Both the position numbers and the translations under genes were made by a program. Source: Meyerozyma guilliermondii (Eukaryota). From it: DNA of 64,000 nucleotides. This document shows, piece by piece, positions 20,917 through 32,199 of this stretch. Where the stretch lies: contig CP128821.1 in the NCBI GenBank assembly GCA_051546255.1, forward strand, positions 558,001-622,000, read 5' to 3'. The notes under the pieces were generated by a model. That model was not told the DNA's origin, ran no database searches, and saw only the letters and a program-made list of their open reading frames with translations. How positions within the stretch are numbered: position 1 is the stretch's first letter; each line of letters starts with the position of its first letter.

Positions 20917-23298
20917 ATGAGTAAAACAGGCCCGGAAATCGACCAAAGATTTAGCATGAGAAACGGTGTCGAGTCCTCGGATGTCAGCATGAGAGTAGGG
21001 AACGTTAGTGACATCGATGAGGAGTCTACGGGACCCATGGAGGTGCCAGAGCCCAAGAAAAACAAAAGTTTTTGGAGGTACACTTTTCCCGCTGCATTTT
21101 CATCTCTCGGTGCCATTTATGGAGACCTTGGAACATCTCCATTATATGTGCTAAACTCGGTCAAATACCCTCATAAAGAACCCACTGAACGAGATATCAT
21201 CTGTGCGGTTTCGGTGATCTTTTGGGTATTCACGCTCATTGTTATCGTCAAATATGTGGCGATTGTGCTTTTCTTTGGTCCCAATAATGGTGAAGGTGGT
21301 CAGGTAGCCATCTACGCCAAAATCGCCCGACACCTTAAAATCGGTCCTAAAGGTGTAACCATTCCTGGAGCACCGGAAAAAACCGATCTCGAGCTTCTTT
21401 CTCGACAAGAAACCGTGCTGAGCTTTGTTTCAAGTACCAATAAAGCGTGGAAACAAAATCCGACAGTGGTGAAAGTGGTCTCGTTTGTGGTTCTAACAGC
21501 ATGCTTTCTTGGGTGCTCGTTGATCATTTCCGATGGTCTTTTGACTCCCACAACTTCGGTGTTGAGCGCTATAGCTGGTATCCAAATTGCAAAGCCAGAC
21601 TTTGACAATGTTCTTGCGGTTTCTGAGGTGGTTCTTTTGGTGCTTTTTTGTATCCAGCAGTTTGGATCCCACAAGATATCGTTCACTTTTGCACCCATAA
21701 TCACCCTTTGGCTTTTCGGCTTGATTATCTGTGGATTGTACAATATCATCAAATATTATCCTGCCATCTTCAAGGCTATTTCTCCGCATTATGCCATTGA
21801 AATTTTAAAGGCGGGTGGAATCGACGTCTTTAGTGGTTGCATGTTGGCTATAACTGGAACAGAAGCTATGTTTGCCGACGTGGGACATTTTGGTCGAGCA
21901 CCGGTTCAGCTCGCTTTGACTTGTTTCGTGTATCCAGCATTGATGTTGTGCTATTTTGGACAGGCTGCGTACATCATTCATCATCCAAAAGCACTTTCAA
22001 ATCCATTTTTCTACTCGATTCCTGGAGGCACCAATAGTGCGCCATACTGGATTATGTTCGTGTTGGCTACACTCAGTACCATCATTGCCAGTCAGGCACT
22101 CATCTTGGGAGTTTTCAGTATTCTTTCGCAATTGATCAATTTGGACTGTTTCCCCAACTTTACTATAATTCATGTGTCCAAATCGCATGCCGGTAAGGTG
22201 TATCTTCCAATGGTTAACTGGATGCTCATGGTGGGTGTGCTCTGTACCACTGCTGGGTTCAAAAATAGTAACAATGTCACCGCTGCTTATGGATTGGGTA
22301 TCACGCTCGATCTTTGTTTGACGACAATTTTGTTGACTTTATGCTTCATTTTCGTATATCAAGTCAACATTTTTGTGCTGGCTTTCTTCCTTTTGGTGTT
22401 TCTTCCGTTGGAGATAGTTATGGTGATTTCCAACTTGAAGAAAATCGAACATGGAGCATGGTTCCCCATCATGATGGCTGGAATCTGTTTCTCTTTTCTT
22501 TGCTTTTGGCGGTGGGCAAGAGCCAGAAAAGTCGACCACGAATTCAGTTCGAGGGCTCGTATAGATAATGTTTTTCCATCTTTGAGACGGACTGCTCAAA
22601 CCGTCGATTTGGGCCGCGGAAGAAGCCCTACAAGAAAAGACGAAGACGAAAGCCGTGAAGAATCTGTGGCAGAATGGAACGAGAACTTGATTGTGAATTC
22701 AAAGTTTGGTGAATTGGCATTGAAGACATACGACGGAGTGGCTATAATCCATTGTGAATCATCGTACCAGAATCTCATGTCTCCAAATACCGTTCCTGAA
22801 TTGTACCAAAGGGTGGTTTCGTCGTTTGCTTCGTTGCCGAGAATTGTGATTTTTTGCTCCAAAAGAGCGTTATCTGTTCCTGTGGTTCCACAAGACGAAC
22901 GAGTGCTTCTTGGACCTACCAAAATCCAGGGCCATTTTCGGTGTGTCTTGCGATATGGGTTCACCGAAGAGATGGTTATCGATAAAGATTTGATGCAACA
23001 TATTCTCAAGTCTGTGCCTGGATATGTTGAGTTGAACGATAGTCCTCATCGAGACCAGATTCCGGTTCCAGTACTTCATGTTTTCGACAAGAGTGTTGTC
23101 AAGTCTCACACCTACTTGAGCAATCCCACTCGAAATATCCTTAGAAAAGCCGGAAGACGGGTGCGTATTTTTGCCATAGAGCATATCTTCAGTCCTATCA
23201 CTTCGATCTTCAACTTTCACGGGCAGTACTTGAAAATAGAGGATGAAGCCGAAGAAACACAGCGCAAGTTGTTCGTTGGAGGAGTAGTTAGAATCTGA
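20917..23298 (+). CDS. HAK1: KUP/HAK/KT high-affinity K+ transporter
   Basis: SLGAIYGDLGTSPLY, GEGG, DGLLTP, AITGTEAMFADVGHF, AYG motifs. Confidence 0.95.
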   Translation: MSKTGPEIDQRFSMRNGVESSDVSMRVGNVSDIDEESTGPMEVPEPKKNKSFWRYTFPAAFSSLGAIYGDLGTSPLYVLNSVKYPHKEPTERDIICAVSVIFWVFTLIVIVKYVAIVLFFGPNNGEGGQVAIYAKIARHLKIGPKGVTIPGAPEKTDLELLSRQETVLSFVSSTNKAWKQNPTVVKVVSFVVLTACFLGCSLIISDGLLTPTTSVLSAIAGIQIAKPDFDNVLAVSEVVLLVLFCIQQFGSHKISFTFAPIITLWLFGLIICGLYNIIKYYPAIFKAISPHYAIEILKAGGIDVFSGCMLAITGTEAMFADVGHFGRAPVQLALTCFVYPALMLCYFGQAAYIIHHPKALSNPFFYSIPGGTNSAPYWIMFVLATLSTIIASQALILGVFSILSQLINLDCFPNFTIIHVSKSHAGKVYLPMVNWMLMVGVLCTTAGFKNSNNVTAAYGLGITLDLCLTTILLTLCFIFVYQVNIFVLAFFLLVFLPLEIVMVISNLKKIEHGAWFPIMMAGICFSFLCFWRWARARKVDHEFSSRARIDNVFPSLRRTAQTVDLGRGRSPTRKDEDESREESVAEWNENLIVNSKFGELALKTYDGVAIIHCESSYQNLMSPNTVPELYQRVVSSFASLPRIVIFCSKRALSVPVVPQDERVLLGPTKIQGHFRCVLRYGFTEEMVIDKDLMQHILKSVPGYVELNDSPHRDQIPVPVLHVFDKSVVKSHTYLSNPTRNILRKAGRRVRIFAIEHIFSPITSIFNFHGQYLKIEDEAEETQRKLFVGGVVRI

Positions 23299-23353
23299 GT
23301 TACCGGTCATAGATTGTTATATAAACCAGTACTGCGAGATCTTTTTAGTGTTT

Positions 23354-24298
23354 TTATGCCCACTCTGGCTTGGGTTCAGGTTTACCTCTTCCTCGTCCTC
23401 TTCCACGTCCTCTCCAGCCTCCCCTTCCTCTACCGCGTCCACGCCCCCTGCCACGGCTATTGTTCACAGAAGCTTCTCCAAAAGTGTCCATATTCAAAGA
23501 TTTTTCCTCGGCCCACCGCAAGCTTTGGTGATCATTGCTAGTCAACGAGTCGAAGAAAGACGACTTTTGGTACGAAGGTGCGCCCTCCTTGGTGCGCTCC
23601 CGCTCGAAAGCAGCGCTGGCACTCGCAAAGTCAAAATCTCCGTCCATCTGAGGACCACTGGATGGCTGGGGAGGTTGAGGACGAGAACCAGGTTGGGGTT
23701 GTGGAACTTCTGTAGTACCAGAAGGCTTTGAAGGTTCTGGTCGCGAGCCCGGTACAGAAGTCTGGGTGGTTCTAGTTGGCTGTGTGGATGAAGCACTTGG
23801 AGTTGGAGCTGTAGAAGTGGCAGTTGGAGCAGCTGTCTGGACTGGTGGACGACCAATTGCTCCGGGTTGTGGACCCGATCTCGAGTTTTCAGCAACCCTT
23901 GGAGCACCTGAAGGTACAGAAGTAGTCGTAGGTGGAGCAGCTGTCATTGGGGCACCAGAAGTGGTTTTTGGTGGAGGAGGAGCACTTGATCCAGCCGTCG
24001 ACGAAGGTGCAAAATATTGTTGTTGAGGCTCTGGGCGAACCTGATCAATAGGAACATCAAGCACAGACAAGTCCTTCACATCGGATCCTCGAAACACAAC
24101 ATATTCATAAATTTCCGGTCTTGGCATGATTTCTTGGGACGGATTTCCAGCAGCAGCCATTCGTCCTTCGGTACCAAAAGACCTTACCGACTTTAAGGCA
24201 ACGGTAGCATCATCAGCATTGATGTTGTCGAGTAGTCCTACATACTTGACTCCTTTGTTGGAGATCAACGAGATGGTTTTACCGATATATTGAGACAT
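23354..24298 (-). CDS. SCD6: Lsm14-family translation repressor / decapping activator
   Basis: MSQYIGKTISLIS Lsm domain, DFDF, SSFFDSL, NMDTFG, RG-rich tail. Confidence 0.95.
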   Translation of the reverse strand: MSQYIGKTISLISNKGVKYVGLLDNINADDATVALKSVRSFGTEGRMAAAGNPSQEIMPRPEIYEYVVFRGSDVKDLSVLDVPIDQVRPEPQQQYFAPSSTAGSSAPPPPKTTSGAPMTAAPPTTTSVPSGAPRVAENSRSGPQPGAIGRPPVQTAAPTATSTAPTPSASSTQPTRTTQTSVPGSRPEPSKPSGTTEVPQPQPGSRPQPPQPSSGPQMDGDFDFASASAAFERERTKEGAPSYQKSSFFDSLTSNDHQSLRWAEEKSLNMDTFGEASVNNSRGRGRGRGRGRGGWRGRGRGRGRGKPEPKPEWA

Positions 24299-25181
24299 GA
24301 AGAAGGTTGAACGTCGCGAACCGGTATAGGTGGTGTTGGTGTCTGGGTGCAACCCGGGACAGCGGACTTCAACGGTGATAGCCGTTGAAGTTGGCCCAAT
24401 TATAGACGCAGGTCAATTGACGCCAGTCAATTGGTCCTGGAGGACTTAACATTCAGCAATAAAACTGTATTTGAACTATAATGATGAAAGTATAATTTTT
24501 CTTTTTTTCTGTTTTCTTGATTTCAACCCTATTGAGGTTTCAACTTCTTTCTATGCTTCAATCGTGAGGCTCCTTACCTACCCGTCCCCCTATTTCGTCC
24601 CTTCTTAGAAACTGACTAGGTGAAAGTTTTCGATACTTCCAATTCAATACCTGCATATGAATTTGCAACCGTGCAACAGTTCCATCAACCTCTACTGATC
24701 ACAGTTGCCTTGTTCTTTCCATTTGCAGAGTATGTTCCGTAACTGTTGCAATCTCGAGGGACAATGATATACGACTGTGCTCTCAATTGTGTACTTTCTT
24801 TGTACTGGTAGGCATTTTCTGCTATCTCCTTGTTTCGTATTTTCTAGGTGTTTTGAGTCTTCAACTGGATTTTTGAGGGTAGTAGTTGTAAGCTAGAATT
24901 TACAATGACTGTACCCTATTTTAAGATATTTCATGAAAAGAATTTACATACTTAATTATATTTATGATATCATGATTATGAATAATTAGCATATAATTAT
25001 GTGACGACGATCTCTATATAGAATGAATAATAGCTAAGAATTCTCTTTGGAATGGTCAGAGTAGGCTTCAGTCAAGATTAAAATCTCATACACCTAACTA
25101 TAATATCATTCCACTGACTTTCTCTCTTCCTGCACACCATCGCACACCCCAATTTATTTCTCACAACTTTTTATCGCCAAC

Positions 25182-26276
25182 ATGGACTCTGAACACCAAC
25201 ATCAGCCAGACATAGACCCCGAGTTAAATAGCGGGTCTCACGAAGCATCTGACCACGGCTCCGATGACGAAAACGTGTTTTCGCTTTCGGCGCAAAAATT
25301 GGACAACAATACCGTCAAAACTACCAAAAATCACATTCGCAAACCAAGAAAAAATCATAGTCCAGCCACCATAGAACCCAGTTTGCTCAAAAATGACGAG
25401 CCAGAGGGTGAGCAGATGTCGTTTGAAGACCCCCAGGTTCGCCGCCGTCGTCTTTTGGAGGAAAAAATGGACTTAGCCATGAAGTCCAAATCGACAAGAA
25501 GAAAACGAGCTGACGAAGATGATTTGGAACGTATGCAAGATGACCGTATTGACGAGCTCAAGGACCAGATGATCAAGGCGGCCAACATGGACGTGGAAAA
25601 AAACTCGCAGGGCCAAATTGCCACCGAAAAACTCAAGCTTCTTCCCGAAGTGTCCAGCGTATTGCTGAAAGCGGATTTGGCAATTTCCATTTTGGACAAC
25701 AATTTGCTTGAGGCAGTAAGATTGTGGCTTGAGCCTTTGCCTGACGCCTCCATGCCTGCGTATCAGATTCAAAAGGAACTCATACATGCGTTGACGACAC
25801 TTCCTATAAAAACAGACCACCTAGTTGCCTCGGGTATAGGCAAGGTGCTCGTATTTTACCAGAGATCCAAACGTACCGAGCCACTATTGAAGCAGCTCGT
25901 TGACCGTTTAATTGGAGACTGGACAAGACCAATTCTCAACAAATCTGACTCTTATAAGGACAGAACTATTCAGTTCCACGAATACAACAGCACCAAATTT
26001 GCCAACAAATTGCCATCTTCGAGAGTACGTGCCAAGGAACCCAAGACTTTGTACGAGCAAAGTGCAGAAAGGAGAAAGAGAGCGGCTATTCCTTCGGCTA
26101 GAACATCGGCATACAAGATTGCACCTCGGGTTGACCCTAACTCGATAAGGCGTCAAAAGGGAGGAACTGACGAGCGGTTCAGAAGAATCAACCAAAAATT
26201 GACGCTGATGAACTTGAAGAGAAAGAGCAGTAAAAAGGGAGGGCCATCCATTGAGGGTAAGAATTTGGCAATGTAA
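25182..26276 (+). CDS. SPN1: Transcription factor Spn1/Iws1
   Basis: [34 protein letters not shown]. Confidence 0.95.
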   Translation: MDSEHQHQPDIDPELNSGSHEASDHGSDDENVFSLSAQKLDNNTVKTTKNHIRKPRKNHSPATIEPSLLKNDEPEGEQMSFEDPQVRRRRLLEEKMDLAMKSKSTRRKRADEDDLERMQDDRIDELKDQMIKAANMDVEKNSQGQIATEKLKLLPEVSSVLLKADLAISILDNNLLEAVRLWLEPLPDASMPAYQIQKELIHALTTLPIKTDHLVASGIGKVLVFYQRSKRTEPLLKQLVDRLIGDWTRPILNKSDSYKDRTIQFHEYNSTKFANKLPSSRVRAKEPKTLYEQSAERRKRAAIPSARTSAYKIAPRVDPNSIRRQKGGTDERFRRINQKLTLMNLKRKSSKKGGPSIEGKNLAM

Positions 26277-26628
26277 TATAGTAATAGAGATGAGATGAAG
26301 AAACAGAAAAAGAATAAGGAAAAGAAGAATTATCACAGGAAACTGACGTAACAGAATGAAACATCAGAAAAGACAGAACGAACCATTAGAAATATACTTC
26401 CTTAGAAAGTACCGAATGAAGTGATTGCAATCATTGAGCAGGTATTGATGATCTTAAGTGCAGTCTTCAGCTTAGGTATGATAGTGGAGAAATCAAGGAG
26501 ACTTTCCAGTATACTCATTGCTGTTACCACACATCTACATCTCGTTATTATATGTAGATTAACCATGTAAACGTGCTACATCCTCTACTAATGTATGCAT
26601 TACGCCCAATATACACGATGTGTTTAGC

Positions 26629-27066
26629 TTACGATCTTGGCTTTTCCTTCTTCTCCTTCCACAAGGCCAACAAGGAAACTCCCGAAACCTTCACGACCTT
26701 GAATCTGACACCGGGAATATCACCCTTAGCCTTACCTCTTCTACCGAAACCTGCCAACAAGACTTCGTCATTTTCATCGACAAAGTTCAAACAACCATCG
26801 TTTGGCACGAAGGCAGTGACCTTTCTACCGTTCTTGATCAATTGGACTCTGACACACTTTCTAATAGCAGAGTTTGGTTGCTTGGATTCAACACCAATTT
26901 TTTCCAAAACGATTCCCTTGGCGTGAGAAGAACCTCCAAATGGAGAAGACTTGTAAGCAGTTCCTAACAATCTGGACTTGTAAGCTTGATCAGCCCATCT
27001 GTTGTTACGACGGTGAACTCTCAACTTTCTAGCAGAGTTAAGCCCTCTTGGTTTACCCTTTCCCAT
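26629..27066 (-). CDS. RPS23: 40S ribosomal protein uS12, intronless
   Basis: [16 protein letters not shown]...[15 protein letters not shown]. Confidence 0.99.
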   Translation of the reverse strand: MGKGKPRGLNSARKLRVHRRNNRWADQAYKSRLLGTAYKSSPFGGSSHAKGIVLEKIGVESKQPNSAIRKCVRVQLIKNGRKVTAFVPNDGCLNFVDENDEVLLAGFGRRGKAKGDIPGVRFKVVKVSGVSLLALWKEKKEKPRS

Positions 27067-27143
27067 GTTTAAAGATTGTCTGCGGAAAAAGAATAGTGAG
27101 GTTTTTCATGTAAATTTTCGGGGGGACCACACGACCGGGTGAA

Positions 27144-27164
27144 ACGTGACTAGGGCGCAGCCCT
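27144..27164. promoter_or_regulatory. Tbf1-like inverted pair AGGGC-GCA-GCCCT next to a degenerate Cbf1 site, upstream of RPS23
   Basis: ACGTGACTAGGGCGCAGCCCT resembles the Candida ribosomal-protein promoter Tbf1/Cbf1 arrangement. Confidence 0.45.
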
Positions 27165-27454
27165 CACAATGTTATATGCAGGTGAGACCACAAGGTCTAA
27201 TTGAGAGAACATCCCGATTCATCTGATAAACTTAGTTGCATTCGATTTGGGAGCCATACTTCATGTTAAGAAAACTTTACATTGACATTGATCTTTATCT
27301 TGACTTGAATTGATTGACTGACAACTGCGATGAGACTTGTCTTACATGCAGGAGATAAGATCGACCTCTTGCCAGAATCGTATCTTCCACTCTTATAGTA
27401 GCAAGTAGTTTCTATAGCTGTCCCTTTCATTACAGTCTATTATCTATCTCTATC

Positions 27455-28456
27455 CTACTTTTTCTTTGCAATCTTCAACAACGACAAAAATACCAAGTCG
27501 ATCTGGTCTTTGAACATGAATAATAAACCTTGAACAAACACTCCCTTGACCAATTGGGGAGCTATGCCCTTGTATAAGCCAGCAAGTTTCTCTGTGTGCC
27601 ACAAATGGGCCAATGCATCTTGGAAATTGTCGAATTTGACATCTCCATCATCAATTTCACCGGGCTTGACATGTGACTTTTTTTGCAACATGGCCTTAGA
27701 AACAATCAATGGCTGTGTAGCGAGTGTTGCCATAGACTTGGCAATGACTCCAATACTGAAACTTTCCAAAGGACCCAAATATTCCTTGTTTGCATAAATA
27801 ATTTGCTTCAATCTCTCATACGATCCATAGGTGATGGAAGGGTTGATACACAACACAAGTGACACCCTCAATCCCTTCCACAAGCCGGAGATACCGTCGT
27901 GTTCCAAGATTTCTCTTGTCAACTGCACTAAGCCCTTGTGGTGTTTATCTGTTTGTTGGTGGGTGGTGATGACACCAATTGGCATGGTGAAAAGTTGAGA
28001 AATGGCCGCAGCCAATGCTCCCAAAAACAACTCTGTGGCTGTTCCTGGTCGATGATTGGGAATGTGTTTGTTTATACGAGCGTAAACTCGTTTGACGATT
28101 GTATACCAGTAAAAATAACTGAAATTTTGCGCCGCCGAACCCAAAATTGATGAGATGAGTCCATGATACCACCCCAAAATGCCTTTCTTCTTGTATATCT
28201 GAGCCAACGCGTCCACGGTGCTCTTGTACCGCAACTGACCATCCTTTCCCTGCTTCTGGTGCCAAACACTTTCTTCGGGATCCGAGGTATCCGAAGCTAT
28301 TGACGCTGTGGAGTCCGAAGGGTTCATCCCAATAGCCCTCGGTTTAACCTGAGTCTGGATCAACGTCTTGCTGAGATCTAAGGGATAAACGAGGGTATTT
28401 GCAATGGCAGACGCCAACGCTCCACTGGCTGCTTTTTCGAAAGGAGTAAGTGACAT
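27455..28456 (-). CDS. ANT1: Peroxisomal adenine nucleotide carrier (mitochondrial carrier family)
   Basis: YPLDLSKT, QNFSYFYWY, LVLCINPSITYGSYE, GLYKG...QLVKG. Confidence 0.9.
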   Translation of the reverse strand: MSLTPFEKAASGALASAIANTLVYPLDLSKTLIQTQVKPRAIGMNPSDSTASIASDTSDPEESVWHQKQGKDGQLRYKSTVDALAQIYKKKGILGWYHGLISSILGSAAQNFSYFYWYTIVKRVYARINKHIPNHRPGTATELFLGALAAAISQLFTMPIGVITTHQQTDKHHKGLVQLTREILEHDGISGLWKGLRVSLVLCINPSITYGSYERLKQIIYANKEYLGPLESFSIGVIAKSMATLATQPLIVSKAMLQKKSHVKPGEIDDGDVKFDNFQDALAHLWHTEKLAGLYKGIAPQLVKGVFVQGLLFMFKDQIDLVFLSLLKIAKKK

Positions 28457-28498
28457 TAATCTGTGGAATAATTTGTGGTAGTTTAGGGTAATATAAAT

Positions 28499-28575
28499 CT
28501 GTTATATTCTGTACTCTGTACTGTGTACCCTGTTGTCTGTACTCTTTACTCTGTACTCTGTTCTGTAGTCTGTAG
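28499..28575. repeat. Degenerate CTGTACT heptamer repeat
   Basis: ctgtact ctgtact gtgtacc ctgttgt ctgtact ctttact ctgtact ... Confidence 0.65.
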
Positions 28576-29024
28576 TTTTCTACGTAATTTTCTTAAAATG
28601 ATGAATGTGAAAGGATCGGCCCCGCTTATAAACAAGCAACTCTGCCGCCGTTGCGTTACCGAGGGTAAGTGAGCGGCGCGAGACACATGCGTTTCCCCAC
28701 AGACGGTATGCAGGCCGCTTGGGTATGGATTTTTTGCTGTGGAAAATCACGATAAGAGAGTGGAGAGCTTCGGAATCGGTTGGTGGAGTCCACTTGAGTG
28801 GTATATCTCGTAATTGTCGATTTTGAACAGCTGCTCGGCAAGATACATCGATATGTGTTTGTCGGCTCATCGGCTCAGCGCCGGCCTGCGACCGGATCAT
28901 CGGTATTGTGTGCAGGTCCGACCAACAAAACGATTCCTTTCTTCTCAATCACTTCTTCAATTACTTCTTCACTTCGTTCTTCGTTAATTCGTTCTTTTTT
29001 CAGTTTTTCTTTTTTTTTTCCTCC

Positions 29025-30266
29025 TCAATTTTCTGTCCACCTGTAGGCTTTCTTATCTGCTCCAAATGTCACCATCTTGGTACCCATTGCTACACATTTG
29101 ACTCGGCCCTTGTGCCCATCAATGGCTGCAACTACCTGCTGTTTTTTCACATCTAAGCACCTGATGATGCCATCTTCGCCAAATGCCCACACTCCAGACG
29201 CGTGCGGTTGGCGCCAGCAAATAAGCGGCTGCGAAAACTTATCTTGGGGTGCCATTGAGTTGGTATTCGTCAAAATTTGGCCCCGGCGAACTTTGTTATC
29301 TTTTGACTCGATGGCTTCCTTTGATAAAGATACTATTATCACCCTCATAAATGGTTCCTGAGACGTTGCCACTGCTATGAGTGGTTTTGTCTTGCCCTGG
29401 GCTATACTGATACATCGTGGTGTGAAACCATTGGCCATAAACTCGGCATCGTTGAGTGAGATTTTGTACACTGGAACCATTTCTGGTACATTATTTTCCA
29501 GGTTTTCCAATGCCAAAACGTCCAAAAGCGTACTTTCCGTTCGTCCTAGAACAACTATGACACTTCCATTGTAACCACAAACGCCAATACATGTACCTGC
29601 CAACGTCAGTTTGTAGGTCGCAATTTCTTCAATTTTGTCTTTGGAAATTTTCACCAATTTGACCATTTTATCCCACCCAATGGTAACAAAGTAGCGGTTC
29701 TGATTCACCTCGGCATATCCACAGTCCACTACAAGTCCTTTGTGTAGCGCCAAATCAAATAATTTGACCAATTCATCACCTTCAAGACGACAAAGGTAAA
29801 TATTTCCATTCATTCCAACAATTAAAACGTCATTTTTTCCCACGCTAACAACAGATTTGGCAACTACACCGCCCAAGAATCGTTCTTTTCGACTCAACCG
29901 ATTTCCTTCATAATCATAAATTGAAATACTTCCATCGTTGCTGCTGGCGATAACCTTGTCTGTCACAATTGCGGCAGAAATAGTCAATCCTGTCACTTCT
30001 TTGAGCTTGTATTTCGTACTTGGGTACGGCGTCGACCAATTGGGAAGCTCTTGATCCACAATGGCTTGATTTGCGTCGTTTAACAGCAAATCCAGAATCT
30101 CAAAGTCTTTGGAAAATGAGACTCTATCCTGTATAATTTGATCCAACGACTCGTCGTGGCCGGTTTCGGTCGATATGGGTGATCCATGTTCTTTTTCAAA
30201 CGCTTTGAGCGTTTCTAAGTAATTATTTTGCTTCAAAAAGTGGGCAACAAAACTATGGGTCGACAT
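29025..30266 (-). CDS. LisH + WD40 repeat protein of unknown function
   Basis: N-terminal VAHFLKQNNYLETLKAFEKE (LisH); WD repeats (HKGLV...GWDK, GHKGRVKCV...GADK). Confidence 0.85.
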   Translation of the reverse strand: MSTHSFVAHFLKQNNYLETLKAFEKEHGSPISTETGHDESLDQIIQDRVSFSKDFEILDLLLNDANQAIVDQELPNWSTPYPSTKYKLKEVTGLTISAAIVTDKVIASSNDGSISIYDYEGNRLSRKERFLGGVVAKSVVSVGKNDVLIVGMNGNIYLCRLEGDELVKLFDLALHKGLVVDCGYAEVNQNRYFVTIGWDKMVKLVKISKDKIEEIATYKLTLAGTCIGVCGYNGSVIVVLGRTESTLLDVLALENLENNVPEMVPVYKISLNDAEFMANGFTPRCISIAQGKTKPLIAVATSQEPFMRVIIVSLSKEAIESKDNKVRRGQILTNTNSMAPQDKFSQPLICWRQPHASGVWAFGEDGIIRCLDVKKQQVVAAIDGHKGRVKCVAMGTKMVTFGADKKAYRWTEN

Positions 30267-30285
30267 GATTAAAAAGAAAAAAGAA

Positions 30286-30357
30286 AGGTCGCACCCGGAT
30301 TCGAACCGGGGTTGTTTGGATCAGAACCAAAAGTGATAACCACTACACTATGCAACC
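30286..30357 (-). tRNA. tRNA-Gln (anticodon CUG), intronless
   Basis: Reverse complement GGTTGCATAGTGTAGTGGTTATCACTTTTGGTT-CTG-ATCCAAACAACCCCGGTTCGAATCCGGGTGCGACCT; cloverleaf, GGTTCGAATCC B box, T-tract terminator. Confidence 0.96.
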
Positions 30358-30628
30358 GTTTCTTGCCATTAGTGATGTAGCTGCCACTGATAGCTGAACG
30401 ACCCGAAGAAAAGTCGAAGGATACAATTTCATAAATGGTATTTCACTATACTGCTTTTTATTTTAGCTCTTTAAACTATTTTCGTTGTTCGCATAAAATG
30501 TGTTTGTGAAATTACATCAAATATCTCGCAAAATTTTCATTCAAATTTTGCAATATTTCCAATTTTTGCAACCTCTAAATTTTTCATAATGAAGTGAATC
30601 TATTCTTTTCTACAATCTATCCAATTAA

Positions 30629-31807
30629 TTAGCTCAACTCCTGAGTAGCTCTCTGACTCCTGATACCGTAGCGTTCAACATACTCTGTTGTCTGATTATT
30701 TGGATACGATTTAAGACCTGGTGCAACAGGACCTCCCGGGGCCAATTGCCTGAATTTCAAGTTTGAAGCAAGAAAATGTCTTTCCGGTTCCTGGTTAAGC
30801 CGGTGGTATTCCTTTTCTATGGCATGAGCCATTTCTTGGTGCAATTGCGGCTGTCGTTTTTCGAGATCGAGTATTTCAGTTGATGCGAATTTTGATAACG
30901 AAGGTTGGTAATTTCCAATGACTTTGTTGATTGCAATTGCTCTTTTGTCCAAGTAGAGAGCGTGGTCAGCGCTTGCTGATTTAATATTGACCACTGCGAA
31001 GAATTTTCGTTTCGGCATGCACTTGTCTAGCGCCAAAAACCGAGTTTCTTTGGCGACCGTCGACGACTCAGATTCGTCTTCCATAGAGATTTCGATCTCC
31101 TCCTCGTTCCTGTGGCCCAGACGGACCAATGCCTCGAACTTGACATGCAAATGAGCCGAGAACCAATGTCGAGGCATGAGTTTTTCCAAAAGTAGCTGGT
31201 TTACCGGACTGCCCAATTGACCCTTTTCTATGTCCAGACGGAAAAACGGCTTGGAGCGAAGAAGGCTATTGACATCGCCCCATTTCGTGATTTCCAGGGG
31301 CCAATCGTGGGAAATAAAAACGTCGATATCTTCGAGAAAAGACGCTTTGACAAACGTTTTCGGTCTAATATGGTATGCTGAGCGTAGCGTCGAGTCTGTA
31401 TATGGAAGACGAGGATCTGGTTCGTTTTTGCGGAAACTGGACTCGTTATAAATACCACTAATGCCTGCTATTCGGATTCCGCGATACACAACAGCACCAA
31501 ATTGGCCCAAATAAAAGATATTTTTGGCGACCCAGCCGCCATATTTCAACTCGTCCAAGTACGACGAGCACTCGTGGTTGCCCCCGACAAACACGGTTAG
31601 CACTGGAGCAGTTTTTTCCCCGGTGTAATATTTGTGAAAATCACCAAGATGTCGGTACTTGCGAGGAACACTGATGGTTTCGAGGTCTGAAAGGTTTCGG
31701 AGAGCCTGAAAGTCTCCACATATGATGAGGAGCTTGGTCTGCGCCGGAACTGCTCTGTAGATGGCATCTAGCAGGCCGTGGCAGCACCCTACAACCGCTA
31801 TCTTCAT
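30629..31807 (-). CDS. DBR1: RNA lariat debranching enzyme
   Basis: GCCHG, CGDFQ, GGNHE, SHDWP, WFSAHLH, FLALDKC. Confidence 0.96.
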   Translation of the reverse strand: MKIAVVGCCHGLLDAIYRAVPAQTKLLIICGDFQALRNLSDLETISVPRKYRHLGDFHKYYTGEKTAPVLTVFVGGNHECSSYLDELKYGGWVAKNIFYLGQFGAVVYRGIRIAGISGIYNESSFRKNEPDPRLPYTDSTLRSAYHIRPKTFVKASFLEDIDVFISHDWPLEITKWGDVNSLLRSKPFFRLDIEKGQLGSPVNQLLLEKLMPRHWFSAHLHVKFEALVRLGHRNEEEIEISMEDESESSTVAKETRFLALDKCMPKRKFFAVVNIKSASADHALYLDKRAIAINKVIGNYQPSLSKFASTEILDLEKRQPQLHQEMAHAIEKEYHRLNQEPERHFLASNLKFRQLAPGGPVAPGLKSYPNNQTTEYVERYGIRSQRATQELS

Positions 31808-32199
31808 GTAATGAGAGGTTGAATAATGCGAAAATGCGAAATGAAAATGTGAAATGTGGAGAAATGGAGAATGGAGAAATATGGAGGAGAGTTAAATTAA
31901 TGTAGATTTAATTGAATGGTGAAATTAGTTAGCTTTACGAAATGTGACAAGAATTGAAATTTTTTTGATTTTCTTGAATTTGGTTTGATTTTACAGAATT
32001 TTGGGTTTTTGCAATTTCAAACAATCTGAGGGTTTGAATAATTTCGAGTATTACTATACTTAAGATTCTTGAGCTTTGATTTTCAGACTGTGAGTTCTTG
32101 TTTTCAAAATTCGAATTATCTATTTTCAAAAATCCGAGTTCTTACAATCTGTTTCTTGCTTTTCTGGCTTCATACATCTAGTCTACTCTTCATGCTCTA

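Noticed and set aside
24890..25060. AT-rich stretch as a possible origin or centromere
   Set aside because: Short, with no diagnostic elements; cannot be distinguished from ordinary intergenic DNA.
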